The position numbers were made by a program, and so were the translations under genes. The notes below the pieces were generated by a model. It did no database searches and had not been told where the DNA came from. It saw only the letters and a program-made list of their open reading frames with translations. A DNA stretch of 53,374 nt from a virus. Shown in pieces: positions 1 through 11,003 of this stretch (its first letter is position 1; every line of letters starts with the position of its first letter). The stretch lies in the IMG/VR virus record IMGVR_UViG_3300025009_000019; one strand, written 5' to 3'.

Positions 1-127
1 CTTTTTTGTTTGATTTTGATTGTCGAGTGTCTTTTGACGGCTCGTTATTTTGTTGAGTGTTCTTCAACGGCTCAATTTTTCCTATGCTAATTGTCGGGGT
101 TGCAAAATTACTACCAAGTGGAACAGC
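1..127. repeat. Terminal 127-bp sequence identical to 53248..53374 (circular-contig overlap, or a direct terminal repeat)
   Basis: Read directly: cttttttgtttgattttgattgtcgag...ccaagtggaacagc occurs at both ends, and a minus-strand ORF continues in frame across the junction. Confidence 0.9.
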
Positions 128-805
128 TGACCCCTCAACTATTTTAGCTTCTGTAACCGCCCAGAAATAACCTTTTGCAATTGCTTCTTCTTTGTTTGCA
201 ATAATATTGATGTATTTATCCCAAACTGCTTTTTCTTCAATATCATATTTATTTTCAGAATCCATTGCCATTTCAATCTTGACGTATCGCATTCCTACGG
301 AGTGATTTTTAACACGTCCTTTTGAATATTGTTCTGCCATATATTCGTTTCGGTTCTTTTCAATTTCAGCCGCAAAAATTAATGCTTGAGTATTTCCTGA
401 AAAATCAAAACCTAAATCTTCCCAACTTACTTGTTTTACTTTTGCTGTAACCTTATCCGATATGATATTTCTAAAAGACATTTTATGTTCTTCTAACAAA
501 TATAAATTCTTTTGCTCTTTTATTGATTTACTCCAAATTCCGTCAATATGAACGTCTCCATGACTATCCAATAAATTAGTAGTATTAATTACAGCATTTA
601 CCGTAAATTTTGATAAATCGGTAATATCTAATGTTGTTTCGGATTTTGAAACTATTTCGGAATTTTCAATGATTTCGGCTAATCCAAAATTCACACTATC
701 TGCGAATTTTGTAACTGATTTTTTCGCAGTTAAAAAGATGTTTTTATTTTCTCTTAAATAAGAGTATAATTGTTCTTTTGTTTCAAATGTTGGAATTTCA
801 ATCAT
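1..805 (-). CDS. Prohead maturation protease, HK97-family-like. The gene crosses the circular junction and its stop codon is at 53231-53233.
   Basis: Absent from the ORF track because it runs into the window edge. My translation from the ATG at 805 reads MIEIPTFETKEQ...LLDSHGDVHIDG...VEGSAVPLGSNFAT. It lies between the portal and capsid genes. Confidence 0.65.
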   Translation of the reverse strand, partial: MIEIPTFETKEQLYSYLRENKNIFLTAKKSVTKFADSVNFGLAEIIENSEIVSKSETTLDITDLSKFTVNAVINTTNLLDSHGDVHIDGIWSKSIKEQKNLYLLEEHKMSFRNIISDKVTAKVKQVSWEDLGFDFSGNTQALIFAAEIEKNRNEYMAEQYSKGRVKNHSVGMRYVKIEMAMDSENKYDIEEKAVWDKYINIIANKEEAIAKGYFWAVTEAKIVEGSAVPLGSNFATPTISIGKIEPLKNTQQNNEPSKDTRQSKSNKK

Positions 806-951
806 TTTTTTACAATTTCGTTTGATTTGACAATTTTTTCTTTGTCTTTTTTTAACTTCTTTTTATCAATTTTCGTTTCCATAACATACGATTTACTCGC
901 AAAAATAAAAAACGAATAATTAAAATGCAAATTTGCCGTTTTATCCAAATA

Positions 952-2232
952 TTAATATTGCTTAGTCGGTTCAACATAAGGCTGATTTATTGGTTTTAAT
1001 CCTCCTGCGATATAATACATATCCATTTCAGGAAGTGTTGAGCGTTCGCCACCATTTTCCTCAATAATTTGATTTGGTGTTTTTTGTCCACTTTCAAGCT
1101 GAATTTTATGAGTTTCTGCTAACAATTTACTATCTTTTCGTAAACTTTCTACGCTTGAAAAATCAGGCTCAATTGTAAAATCTTCTTTCCAAAAATATTT
1201 TAACGAGTTTGTCAAGTCTACATAAAAATCGTTTAATTCAGGAACTAAACAGTTTGACCACAATTGCTTTTCAAATAACAAAATGTTATCTCTAGTTGAA
1301 GCACCCGTATTTTTTAGCAAAGAAATATTGAAATTCAAAGCAACTCCAACCGCCTCAAACGAACTTAAATTTGTTTCATTAATTTGCAATTCTGAAATAG
1401 GCAAGCCCATTTGTATATAATCTACGGCTTCGTTCGTAATCATCACTTTATTTTGGTCAGCACCCAATCCAAAACTATTGTAATATTCTTGATACAACCC
1501 CTTTTTATCTCGAATCGGCATATCTGCAACTTTAGAACTTAGTACACCCATAGCACCCCTTGACTGTAAGATGCTCATTTGTGCCTCATAACCGCTTATT
1601 AGCGAGTTAATAGGCATCTTTGAACATAACAAAGGACTTACCCCCAATAAGTATTGACCATTGCTGAAATTTAGATTTATTCTTTTTCGATGCAAAATAT
1701 TATTTGCATCAATTAATTTCGCATCAATTCCATTTGATAAATATTTATAACCAGTTACTTTATTCGTTCTAAAATCTGCCGTTTGAACATTGTCTTTTGT
1801 GATTATTTGGGTTAAATATGTAGGCAAATTAAATAATGATTGAGGCTTAAAACCAACGCATTGGTAAATATTCATAAACGAATTTCCAACTACATAATCA
1901 TAAGCAAAATTTTGTTTCAAAAATTCGTGCCAACTTTGATAGTCATTCGGTTTTTTTAACAAATCTAAAATCTGATGTTTGGTAATGATTTCGCCTTTTG
2001 CATTTTTCATTATAAACGGAACTTTAGACTTTGCCGTTATTAAATAATTAATGACTCCGTACACTTCGGGTGTTGATGTGAAAGCCTTTATCAATGCCTC
2101 GTCCGATTGCAATGTATTCAAATAATCAAAACCGAAATTAAGATTAATATTTCCTAAAGCATTTCCGTACGATTTTACAATCGCTTTCGGAGTTTCTTTT
2201 GTATATCTTTTATTAACGTCTTTTAATATCAT
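952..2232 (-). CDS. Portal protein
   Basis: 426-aa ORF immediately upstream of the protease and capsid genes. Size and position fit an HK97-type portal. Confidence 0.6.
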   Translation of the reverse strand: MILKDVNKRYTKETPKAIVKSYGNALGNINLNFGFDYLNTLQSDEALIKAFTSTPEVYGVINYLITAKSKVPFIMKNAKGEIITKHQILDLLKKPNDYQSWHEFLKQNFAYDYVVGNSFMNIYQCVGFKPQSLFNLPTYLTQIITKDNVQTADFRTNKVTGYKYLSNGIDAKLIDANNILHRKRINLNFSNGQYLLGVSPLLCSKMPINSLISGYEAQMSILQSRGAMGVLSSKVADMPIRDKKGLYQEYYNSFGLGADQNKVMITNEAVDYIQMGLPISELQINETNLSSFEAVGVALNFNISLLKNTGASTRDNILLFEKQLWSNCLVPELNDFYVDLTNSLKYFWKEDFTIEPDFSSVESLRKDSKLLAETHKIQLESGQKTPNQIIEENGGERSTLPEMDMYYIAGGLKPINQPYVEPTKQY

Positions 2233-2355
2233 TTTGTTTCTGTTTTAATTATTTTTTGCATCAAATTATCGTGAAAAATTAAACCAAACTTATAGATTGT
2301 TGGAAATAACCAAATCGGAAAACTCAATAAGACAAGCACCCACAACGGCACATTT

Positions 2356-3288
2356 TTAATTATTCGATTTAATATTGTTCTCATTTTTATCTGCAAATTT
2401 GATTGAAAATACTTGATTACGATTATTTTTTAAATGTTTTACGATTGAAATGTCAATAGGATATACGCTAATTCTACGCAATATTTCAGAGTTAAATATA
2501 TTATAGTCAGTTATTAATAATGTATTGCTTAGCATATTGTCATAGACTAACACATTTGTAATATCGGACGGCAACAAATTCGTTTCTAGTTGATATTCTA
2601 TTTTTATTTTGTCTTGAATTTGCTGTAAAACATAGTTTGAATTTACATAATTTACTACTTCTAGTTTTGGCGTTTTTTTGCCGAAATTTCCTTTAATTCT
2701 GTAAGAGTTATACCAACCATTTGGTAATTCGGGAAGCAATAAAGAAAAATCGAAAGGACTTGATAAAATTCCCCCTGTTTGATAACTTTCAATTCTTACG
2801 GTATCGTTTGCCAAGTAGTCAGAATATGGCATCAATCTATAATTGTGAGTAAAATATTCCTTAGACGTTCCGATTTGCGTGTACAATACTTTAAAATAAT
2901 AATTTCCATATCCGAAAACTTCTTTAATCTTAAACCAATCCGCAACGAATCCAACATACAATGGAGCTAAAGAAAAACTATCGTAAAAGTCGCCGTAAGT
3001 ATTATTATCGACATCATCGACTTTAACACCATCTTTATACATCTCTAATGTGATTGTATCGGTAGCGACTATTTTTTGAAATAATGGTAAAGTTGATTTA
3101 TCATTTTTCCACCAATCTACACCGTCCACCGTAGCAAATACCTTCTCATAATATTCACAGTCGAACTGACAATAACAAATGTCATTAGTTGGTATCTCAA
3201 GTATTTTAGGTATAATAGAACCGAATAATTTACTTACTATTCCATTATTAACATCAATCGATGTGTATGTTAGGTTTAATTGTATCAT
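2356..3288 (-). CDS. Hypothetical virion (tail or baseplate) protein
   Basis: 310-aa ORF, start/stop-coupled to the upstream structural gene. Confidence 0.5.
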   Translation of the reverse strand: MIQLNLTYTSIDVNNGIVSKLFGSIIPKILEIPTNDICYCQFDCEYYEKVFATVDGVDWWKNDKSTLPLFQKIVATDTITLEMYKDGVKVDDVDNNTYGDFYDSFSLAPLYVGFVADWFKIKEVFGYGNYYFKVLYTQIGTSKEYFTHNYRLMPYSDYLANDTVRIESYQTGGILSSPFDFSLLLPELPNGWYNSYRIKGNFGKKTPKLEVVNYVNSNYVLQQIQDKIKIEYQLETNLLPSDITNVLVYDNMLSNTLLITDYNIFNSEILRRISVYPIDISIVKHLKNNRNQVFSIKFADKNENNIKSNN

Positions 3289-4916
3289 GTTACTGGTGTT
3301 TCAATTAATCTTGATGAAATATTATAAGATGATCCACTTTCTAGTTTAGTATAATCGATTAAGCAATTTGCGTTTATTGTAGTAGTATCCCCAATACTTA
3401 TAATATCTTCATTTGGGTTTAATATCAATAAATTGTCAATCATTGAACTTCGTAAACTTGACAATTCGTAAATTTCTAATCCATTTTGTCCTGTTTTTTC
3501 AAGTCTAATTATTGCACAATATTCCTCAATCGCTCCAATAACCCCAGTTAATTTTGTAAACTCAACTTGAATCTCGGTGTACCTATCTGTTAATATTGCT
3601 CCAATTAAAGGCGTTGCCGTTGCAAAATCTACCGTCTCAATTTCGCAGCTCCAATTGTCGCTTTCATCATAATCTCGAATTTTCAAAGGAGGACTTAATA
3701 ATTCGTAATCGGTTTGACCTTGCACGCCTAAAGAGTTTAATCCAGTTACATTTGCCGATAAAGAAATTTTAATCGAATAGCTTTGTTTTTCGGAATAGTT
3801 GCTTGATTTTTTGTTTAAATTATTGTTCGGTTTTGTCGAATCATAAAACACGGTGTCGGCATCTAGTTGCTTTTGCCAATCAGCCCAAGTTAATTTTAAG
3901 GCTACAATTATGCGATAATACTGTTTTGTGCCAACAAGTGAACCTTTAATGATTTTCACGTAGTTAAATTGGTCGCCACTAGCTAATTTGAATCCTCGAA
4001 TAGTATTAATATTAAACTGCTGTACTCCGCCAACAACTACGGTATTAGCTATAGGAATAACGAAAGAATCAAGCTCGAAAAACGATTGAGTTAAATTGTT
4101 ATAAGCTAGTAATTTTAGTTTTAACTCTTGAATTAAAACATCTTTTGCCGTGTCAATCCAAAATTGCGAATATTCGGCAATTATACCATCTTCAATATAA
4201 AAGCCGCCTTTTGCTTCATAAAGTGCTAAACTTGTAGCAGAACCTAAACCGCTTGATAAAGTATCAAACCAGCCCATTTTAGCTATATTTGAACCATCAT
4301 CATAATCGTTTATCGTTTCAATCGTGCCTTGTAAAATACCGTTAACATAAGCATTATATTCCGTTGCCGTAAGCTCTAAATTATATATATAATCATCTGT
4401 ACCTATTGAGCTTTCGTTTTGAACCTCGATATTAAAAGTGTCCCCCAATGAGCAAGATATGTGCATTAAATTAGCTCCATAAGTAGCATGTTGATACATT
4501 TTAGCTTCTAATGGAACGCCCAAACTAATAAAAGTATCATTTATAAATTTTACCCAATTATTATAAGTATTTGCACCAGCATAAACGGCTGGTGTTGCCG
4601 TAAATCCTGCAACACTAAAATAATTGTCGTTTATGATTAATCGTAAAATAGAAATAGGCTCGCTTAAATACTCAACACCATTAACAATAATGCTATTAAT
4701 AGTATATGTCTGGTCGTGCAAATGAACCCATGCCAAAGAATCGAATAAAGCATTAAATACTTGATTTTCTGTTTTAAGCGTGTATAATTGCGAAATATCT
4801 CCATTGATATAAACAAGGCTTCCATGAACAGCACCAGTAGGCAACGCACCAGTATAACCATGTATTGACGGAAATACGCTCGGATTGACGGAAATTAGAT
4901 TATAACCTGCTGCCAT
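3285..4916 (-). CDS. Hypothetical tail or baseplate protein
   Basis: 543-aa ORF in the tail module, overlapping its neighbours by a few nt. Confidence 0.5.
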   Translation of the reverse strand: MAAGYNLISVNPSVFPSIHGYTGALPTGAVHGSLVYINGDISQLYTLKTENQVFNALFDSLAWVHLHDQTYTINSIIVNGVEYLSEPISILRLIINDNYFSVAGFTATPAVYAGANTYNNWVKFINDTFISLGVPLEAKMYQHATYGANLMHISCSLGDTFNIEVQNESSIGTDDYIYNLELTATEYNAYVNGILQGTIETINDYDDGSNIAKMGWFDTLSSGLGSATSLALYEAKGGFYIEDGIIAEYSQFWIDTAKDVLIQELKLKLLAYNNLTQSFFELDSFVIPIANTVVVGGVQQFNINTIRGFKLASGDQFNYVKIIKGSLVGTKQYYRIIVALKLTWADWQKQLDADTVFYDSTKPNNNLNKKSSNYSEKQSYSIKISLSANVTGLNSLGVQGQTDYELLSPPLKIRDYDESDNWSCEIETVDFATATPLIGAILTDRYTEIQVEFTKLTGVIGAIEEYCAIIRLEKTGQNGLEIYELSSLRSSMIDNLLILNPNEDIISIGDTTTINANCLIDYTKLESGSSYNISSRLIETPVT

Positions 4917-5190
4917 TTTTGAATCTATTATTTATATCAATACTTAAATCAATTCTTATTTTCGTTCCAAACTCATCTACACGCTCGCCAAAATGATTAC
5001 ACAGATAATTTTTTATTTTGCCGTAATGCTTTAAATCTACATTTTGCAACAATATATCAAAATCCCATTTATTGCCGTGTTCGTGTACTTTTTCAGTTAT
5101 ACGGCTACCGTGAGCAATCAATATCGCTTGCGGTTCAATTTCTAAAATAGTTGCTTTTATTTCGGCAAATATACCTAGTTTGTCTATCAT
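4900..5190 (-). CDS. Minimal nucleotidyltransferase (Pol-beta superfamily) candidate
   Basis: The 96-aa protein contains AHGSRITEKVHEHGNKWDFDILL, which matches the hG[GS]-x13-DhDh NTase signature. Confidence 0.4.
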   Translation of the reverse strand: MIDKLGIFAEIKATILEIEPQAILIAHGSRITEKVHEHGNKWDFDILLQNVDLKHYGKIKNYLCNHFGERVDEFGTKIRIDLSIDINNRFKNGSRL

Positions 5191-6626
5191 ATTATAATAT
5201 CGTTTGTATGTTGATAAATAATAATTTCATCGCACCCTATCAAATCGGGTATGTCAGCCGACAAATCGAAATTATTAACGTCTGCTAATAAATTAACTCT
5301 ATTTGAATAGACTGAATCCAACGAGCTATCACCTATTAAAATACCTATTAAAAAATATGACTCCGCACTTAAACGTGATTGTTGTGCTTCGGCAAATTCG
5401 ACATCAATTTCAATAACTTGTTTTCCTGAATCGTTTGCTGACACTATTCTTTTTATTATTTCTGTGCCAACTTCCGCAGCTACATCAACAACACATCGCA
5501 AACCGTCATACATGAAATTTGTCTCTAAATCTGTGTAGGTATCTTCATACTCATTTTCGCTTGGTAAATATGAGACATATCCAACAATAGCTTCGTCTCC
5601 ACCTGCTACAATATTACCTACTTTACTAACAATAATTATAACTGTTGTTTTACTACCAATTATTAATCCACTTGCTGAATTTCCTGTTGATGTTTCGATA
5701 TAGCTTACTGAATCAATCGAATAAACATTTTCGTAACCGTTGAAATTTTCGTTAAAATCTCCGATTGAACCTTTCATTAAATCGACAATCTTAATTTTAG
5801 ACGTGTTGGGGTTCGATAATGCCGTTCTGAAATCGGTCTTATACACATATTTACATGAATTTAAACCGACTAAATCCTCACGAATAACTCCGTTTTGTAA
5901 ATTTTCAAGGTCGCCGTCTAAGTACCAAGGAGCGATTAAAAATATATGTTCTATCTCAAATTGTTGTTCATATCCTGAATCTTGAATGAATTTTACTCGA
6001 CAAGTTCCATCAACCCAATCTCTATAAGCTCCTAATGGCAACATATCAACGTATGTTGTTAATCGGTCGCCCTCTCCATCATCTAAACCAACTGCTCCAC
6101 TATAATATGCTTGGTCGTTTCCTGAGACCCTAGAAATTACGTTAAAATTTTCATCGTTTGGAATCAAACCATATGAATAAATCAAAGATGTTAGCCAACT
6201 TTTCCCATGCAAAAAACCACTTGATAAAATACCTGTGTTTTGCGGTGCTGCGGGTACTGACAATTGAACAATGCAATATAAATCTTCGACATACTCAACA
6301 GCGGCATCATTAGTTGTTGTTGAACTTCCTGCTAAATCGGTCGCCACAAAGTCCACGTTATCACCTATTGCGATACCGTCTTGAATAAACGAGCCGGCTT
6401 GTCGTTCTATTTTATATTTATCAGAGCCTAAAGTCGTAACACTCCATAAATACGTCATGTCGCCTTGAGCAAACCATTTAATCCCAATTTTTTGAACGAA
6501 CTTTATTTTCTCCATAACTGAGCCTGAGCAGTTATAAGTAAAATCAGTCGTTTCAGTTGCAAAATCTAAATCGTTTTTTAACTGATTGAAATATTTTTGT
6601 TCGTATATGGTTATCTGTACACTCAT
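5187..6626 (-). CDS. Hypothetical tail or baseplate protein
   Basis: 479-aa ORF in the tail module. Confidence 0.5.
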   Translation of the reverse strand: MSVQITIYEQKYFNQLKNDLDFATETTDFTYNCSGSVMEKIKFVQKIGIKWFAQGDMTYLWSVTTLGSDKYKIERQAGSFIQDGIAIGDNVDFVATDLAGSSTTTNDAAVEYVEDLYCIVQLSVPAAPQNTGILSSGFLHGKSWLTSLIYSYGLIPNDENFNVISRVSGNDQAYYSGAVGLDDGEGDRLTTYVDMLPLGAYRDWVDGTCRVKFIQDSGYEQQFEIEHIFLIAPWYLDGDLENLQNGVIREDLVGLNSCKYVYKTDFRTALSNPNTSKIKIVDLMKGSIGDFNENFNGYENVYSIDSVSYIETSTGNSASGLIIGSKTTVIIIVSKVGNIVAGGDEAIVGYVSYLPSENEYEDTYTDLETNFMYDGLRCVVDVAAEVGTEIIKRIVSANDSGKQVIEIDVEFAEAQQSRLSAESYFLIGILIGDSSLDSVYSNRVNLLADVNNFDLSADIPDLIGCDEIIIYQHTNDIII

Positions 6627-6829
6627 TTATTGAACTCCTTTAATTTATCTACAAAATCAACAACTTTTAATTCGTTTTTTTTAGCTAGTTTTAAACTGTT
6701 TTCTAAAAATTCCCTTTGTTCTTTATTGTCAATTTTGGTTAATTCGTTCATAATTCTATGGAAAATATAATCTTGATTTTTGCTTAAAATCTCAATGTTT
6801 TTTAACGCTTCTTTAAATTGCTTTTCCAT
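6623..6829 (-). CDS. Small hypothetical protein
   Basis: 68-aa helical protein, coupled to flanking genes. Confidence 0.45.
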   Translation of the reverse strand: MEKQFKEALKNIEILSKNQDYIFHRIMNELTKIDNKEQREFLENSLKLAKKNELKVVDFVDKLKEFNK

Positions 6830-8580
6830 TATGGCTCAATTTTAATTTCTTTTAGGTTGTAAGTATAAGGTTCTCGAATCCAAAATGAACATATTGCAAA
6901 GTCTCCATTAATATTGTATTCTATTTTTTCCATTTTGCCAACTTTACCATCTTGCGTGTAAAAGTACGAATTATTTATAAAATTCAAAAAATCATTAAAA
7001 CCAAACGGTATTTTAATATTTTCGTAGATTTTCTTTTGACCGAAGTATGAATTTTCGACCATTGACCGCCCAAAATAATAATTATCATACAAATATTTTG
7101 CAGATAATAAATTTCTTTGCTGCAAATTGTCGCCAGAATATCGTAATAATTTAGGTAAATTATAATTATTTGAGCTAATTTTTAAAATATTTACTTTGTC
7201 TTTTATTGACTTTTCTAGGTTGCCATTTCCTCCAAACGTATCAATAACTCCGTCCATGACATTTGCAACCGTTCGTAAGAATTTTTCAAAGGCGTTTAAG
7301 CTAGTTTTCTTATTGCCTAAAGCACAATTAACCGTAATACGCTCCAATCCTTTTAATGCTTTGCGTTTCTTTACATCAATTATTTTTGCCTCTGTAATGA
7401 CTTCGTAAACCGTTCCTAAAAAATTATCAATTGTCCAATCATCTGAACTATCTGTATTAAATTCGACTAAGAAATTTGCATTAAAATCGGTGTTGTATTT
7501 TGTTGGTCTTAATTGTACGTTTGGCAATACGAAAGTAGATTGTTTAAGCCAAAAATCAGAGTATTCATTGTGAAAATGCAAAACATCATCTACAATAGCA
7601 AATCTGCCGTTAAAAGTCGTTCTAACTAGGTTAAACATATCGATAACAGAGTAGCCGTAATCGGTTACGTTTGGTATTCCTTTTTCTGTGCCGTGTACAC
7701 GTTCAACAAAGCCTTTTATTCCGACTTCGTCAAATTGCAAATTAGACGGTAAATAATAGATTTTCGACATATCAGAAACGGTTGTTTCAAATGAGTAGCC
7801 TAAATATCTTGCAACCTCTGATATTAATTTTTCTAAGCTAATTGTTTTGGCTTTTCGCTTCGGCAATACGAAAGTATTTATTAAATTTTTGCCTAAATCA
7901 ACAACCGTTGCTAATAATAACGCTGTATAAGCGACTTGTATAATAGCAACAGCAACAGCATACAATGCAGCACTTATTCCACTACCTATTGAAGCCTGAG
8001 CGACCAACGCTTGAGCAACTGCGATTTTTTCCGATGTATCTTTGCTTGCTTCGGCAATTTCTTTAAGCATTAAATACATTATAATTGAGGTCGTTAAAAT
8101 TTCAAACGAATTGATTTTCTTTTCAACTACGTATTCTATTTCTTTATAATCTGAATTTTTAAAATAGCCTTGATTTTCTAACCATCCGTAAGTCAAGGCT
8201 GATAACCTATCGTCTAAGGAATTTAAGCCGTTATCCTTTTTTATTTTGGATTTAATCGTTTTTGAAAATTCGTCAATCTCAATATTACTAGCCAAGTCAA
8301 CCATTCCCGAAAATATAAGCTCGTTATTCGTGTCGTTAAATCCGATAATTTTAAATTCGGGGCTTTCAAAAATTCCAACGCCACCAGTCAACCCGTCGTC
8401 AATATGTGCTATTAACTTTGTGTAAGCATCTAAAACGAATGTAAACGTATCTGTACTTATGTTTGCTTGTACGTTATCGTTGTCGAACTGAGCTAAGATG
8501 TTCATATCTTGCCATTCAGTAGGGGCATTAATTTCTGCTCCTGACAATTCAAATTTAACACGTCCTTTTTTGCCGTACAT
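6829..8580 (-). CDS. Hypothetical tail protein (distal-tail candidate) with an internal Ala-rich hydrophobic stretch
   Basis: 583-aa ORF directly downstream of the tape measure gene. Contains the segment AVAQALVAQASIGSGISAALYAVAVAIIQVAYTALLLATVV. Confidence 0.45.
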   Translation of the reverse strand: MYGKKGRVKFELSGAEINAPTEWQDMNILAQFDNDNVQANISTDTFTFVLDAYTKLIAHIDDGLTGGVGIFESPEFKIIGFNDTNNELIFSGMVDLASNIEIDEFSKTIKSKIKKDNGLNSLDDRLSALTYGWLENQGYFKNSDYKEIEYVVEKKINSFEILTTSIIMYLMLKEIAEASKDTSEKIAVAQALVAQASIGSGISAALYAVAVAIIQVAYTALLLATVVDLGKNLINTFVLPKRKAKTISLEKLISEVARYLGYSFETTVSDMSKIYYLPSNLQFDEVGIKGFVERVHGTEKGIPNVTDYGYSVIDMFNLVRTTFNGRFAIVDDVLHFHNEYSDFWLKQSTFVLPNVQLRPTKYNTDFNANFLVEFNTDSSDDWTIDNFLGTVYEVITEAKIIDVKKRKALKGLERITVNCALGNKKTSLNAFEKFLRTVANVMDGVIDTFGGNGNLEKSIKDKVNILKISSNNYNLPKLLRYSGDNLQQRNLLSAKYLYDNYYFGRSMVENSYFGQKKIYENIKIPFGFNDFLNFINNSYFYTQDGKVGKMEKIEYNINGDFAICSFWIREPYTYNLKEIKIEP

Positions 8581-8582
8581 GT

Positions 8583-11003
8583 CTAGATTTTTAGTTTCTG
8601 AATATTACGCTCCACTTTATACTTGCTTATAATTGTTTCAACAATAGCTTTATTCGTAGCATCATAATCACGACCCATATAAGCTGGCTTGTTTTCAATT
8701 GATTGCTGTAAATCGTCTAGTTTTTGAATGATTTGTTTATTGCTTTGAAATCGCTCACTTATCATAATTTCTCGGTCTCTTATTTTTTTCTCTTTAACCG
8801 CCGTAGCAATATCATCAAACGCAAAATTATTGCCCAAAGTATTACGAATTTCGGTTGCTGGTTTTTCGGGCATAATCAATTCTTTTTTGTGAATTTTCCA
8901 TAACATACCTCCATCTTTGTCAAGGTCTCCTCCGTCTCCTGTATCAATAGCTCCATCAAGTGCCGACGGTAAAACAGAAATAAAAGCACGTAACAAGGTA
9001 ATATCTTTAATTGTGTTTGTTAGTGCTGACTTCGGGTCTTTATCGGCATTTGCAGAGTATGTTTTAAAAGCCGTCATTGCAAGTTCTATTCTTTGCTGTC
9101 TCTTCAATTCATTTTCTCTTTTTCGTTCTAATTCGGCTTGTTTTTGTATTTCGTAAGCTAAATTTGCCGTTGATGTTTCTGTTTGTTTTTCAGCTAAACT
9201 ACTCAAAAAAGATACTCGTTTTTCGTTTGCTTCAATTTCTTTGTCGATTAACGTAATACGTTTCTCATTTGATTTTTTATAGATTTCGTCAATTACTTCG
9301 ACTGACTTTTGTGCCATTTCTTTGCGATTTTCGATACGCTCTTTTTCTTTTTCCTCTTCGTCGTCTAGTTTTTTAGATGTCTCATCAGCAGTAGCTAAAA
9401 GACTAGCTAAAAAGTTTTCCGTCCAAGTTTTGTTTTTTTCGTCTAATTCTTTTTTCTTTTCTATTGATATCTGAATATCTTGGTCGGTTCTTGATAATAA
9501 ATATTTTGTATTATCTAATTCATCGTTATAATCTTCTAATGCTTTTGTTTGGTCTTTTGTCGCTTTGGTTTCTTTTTCTTTAGAAGCAATCATGTTGTTG
9601 GTATAAACTTCGGCTCTTTTAGTTTTATTTTCGCTTTCTGTTTGAGCGTTAATGTAGTCAACCCATGCTTTAATTGCCGGCTCTACAATCTCATCTGTGC
9701 CTTTTCCGTAAGTGTTTAAAAGATGTGTATATTGTTTAATATGGGTTTGTGTAGCTTTATCTTGATTATAAAATATTTTTAAGTATTTTTCAGAGGCATC
9801 AATTTGCTCTTGCGTAAAATTTTGTAAATTTTTAGTTTGCTGAATAATCAAGGCATTTTGATAGTTTTTAGATTGTTCTCTAATACCGTCCATATCATTG
9901 TACGACTCTGCAAACAACTTAAATTCATGCTCAGTCATACCCATTTTACTTTTAACTTGAAATATAGCAGCTTCGTATGCTTTTTGCTTAACTGCTAAAT
10001 TCTTTTCTAAATAGTCGTTTTCTAGTTTAAGTAATTCGTTACCTATTTCTATACGTTCTTCTTCTGATAATCTTGCATTTCTTAATTTCTTCTCAAGTTT
10101 TGAATATTCCAAATTCTTTTCAGCTTCGGCAATACTTAAAGCATAATTTCGCTCCGTCATTTCGTCCATTAATTGCTCATACTTTTTCCCCTCTTTATAT
10201 GCTTTGCTTAAATTACCGAAGAAATTATCCCAATTACCAGTATTAATGTTCCGTAAAAATGTATCATAAGCAAATGACATCCCGCTCATATTTTCTCGGA
10301 AAAGGTCTCCACTTGTTTGAGTTACGGTAACAAAATCCATAAAACCTTTTTTCAGCATTTCAAAGCCTGCTGTAATTCCGACAAATCCTAATCCTGTTTT
10401 TAATAAATTACCAAAATTAGATAATGCTTTGCCGTAATCACCTACACTCCTTTGATTTTGTCCTACTTGAGCATCAACATCTTTTAACTCTTTATCTAGT
10501 TTTTCAATGCTTTTGCGAAGCTCTGTTGTTCCTTTTTCTGCTCCTTTTCCTGATACTGCTAAATCTTTATATCTATTTCTTAATTCATTTAATAACCTTG
10601 CTTTTTTCTGATATGATCCGATTAATCCGCTTTCTTCCTTTGCAGCTTCTCTATTTACTTTTTTTTGTTCGTTTAATGCTAGTCTGCTTTTTTCAATCTC
10701 AACGGCTAGTTGTGTTTGATTTTTTATTAACTCTTTTTCAAGTTTAATTTTTTCTTTTTCTAGTAAATTTAAAGCCTCAACGCTCGTTTTAGTTTCTCGA
10801 TACCCTTTCTCAATATCTTGCTGACCTTTTAATGTATTTATATTGCTATTATTGACAGCTTTTGATATCTCTGAAATGTCTATTTTAAGCATCTTAGCGA
10901 TGTCGTCAACTGCCTTTAAAGAATTTTTTAACAACTCAAATTCTTTTCTTAGTTGCTCAATTGCACCATCTTCGGCAAGGTCTGTATATTTAATTTTTGC
11001 CAT
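8583..11003 (-). CDS. Tape measure protein
   Basis: 806-aa, highly charged coiled-coil sequence with a hydrophobic patch (GLGFVGITAGFEMLKKGF). It is the longest tail-module gene. Confidence 0.6.
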   Translation of the reverse strand: MAKIKYTDLAEDGAIEQLRKEFELLKNSLKAVDDIAKMLKIDISEISKAVNNSNINTLKGQQDIEKGYRETKTSVEALNLLEKEKIKLEKELIKNQTQLAVEIEKSRLALNEQKKVNREAAKEESGLIGSYQKKARLLNELRNRYKDLAVSGKGAEKGTTELRKSIEKLDKELKDVDAQVGQNQRSVGDYGKALSNFGNLLKTGLGFVGITAGFEMLKKGFMDFVTVTQTSGDLFRENMSGMSFAYDTFLRNINTGNWDNFFGNLSKAYKEGKKYEQLMDEMTERNYALSIAEAEKNLEYSKLEKKLRNARLSEEERIEIGNELLKLENDYLEKNLAVKQKAYEAAIFQVKSKMGMTEHEFKLFAESYNDMDGIREQSKNYQNALIIQQTKNLQNFTQEQIDASEKYLKIFYNQDKATQTHIKQYTHLLNTYGKGTDEIVEPAIKAWVDYINAQTESENKTKRAEVYTNNMIASKEKETKATKDQTKALEDYNDELDNTKYLLSRTDQDIQISIEKKKELDEKNKTWTENFLASLLATADETSKKLDDEEEKEKERIENRKEMAQKSVEVIDEIYKKSNEKRITLIDKEIEANEKRVSFLSSLAEKQTETSTANLAYEIQKQAELERKRENELKRQQRIELAMTAFKTYSANADKDPKSALTNTIKDITLLRAFISVLPSALDGAIDTGDGGDLDKDGGMLWKIHKKELIMPEKPATEIRNTLGNNFAFDDIATAVKEKKIRDREIMISERFQSNKQIIQKLDDLQQSIENKPAYMGRDYDATNKAIVETIISKYKVERNIQKLKI

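Noticed and set aside
10424-10747. Plus-strand ORFs antisense to large minus-strand genes (for example 10424..10747, 39681..40011, 44557..44859, 50903..51208, 31946..32188)
   Set aside because: They are low-complexity Leu/Phe/Ser-rich translations of the antisense of AT-rich coding sequence. They have no start context or coupling, and all lie inside better-supported genes.
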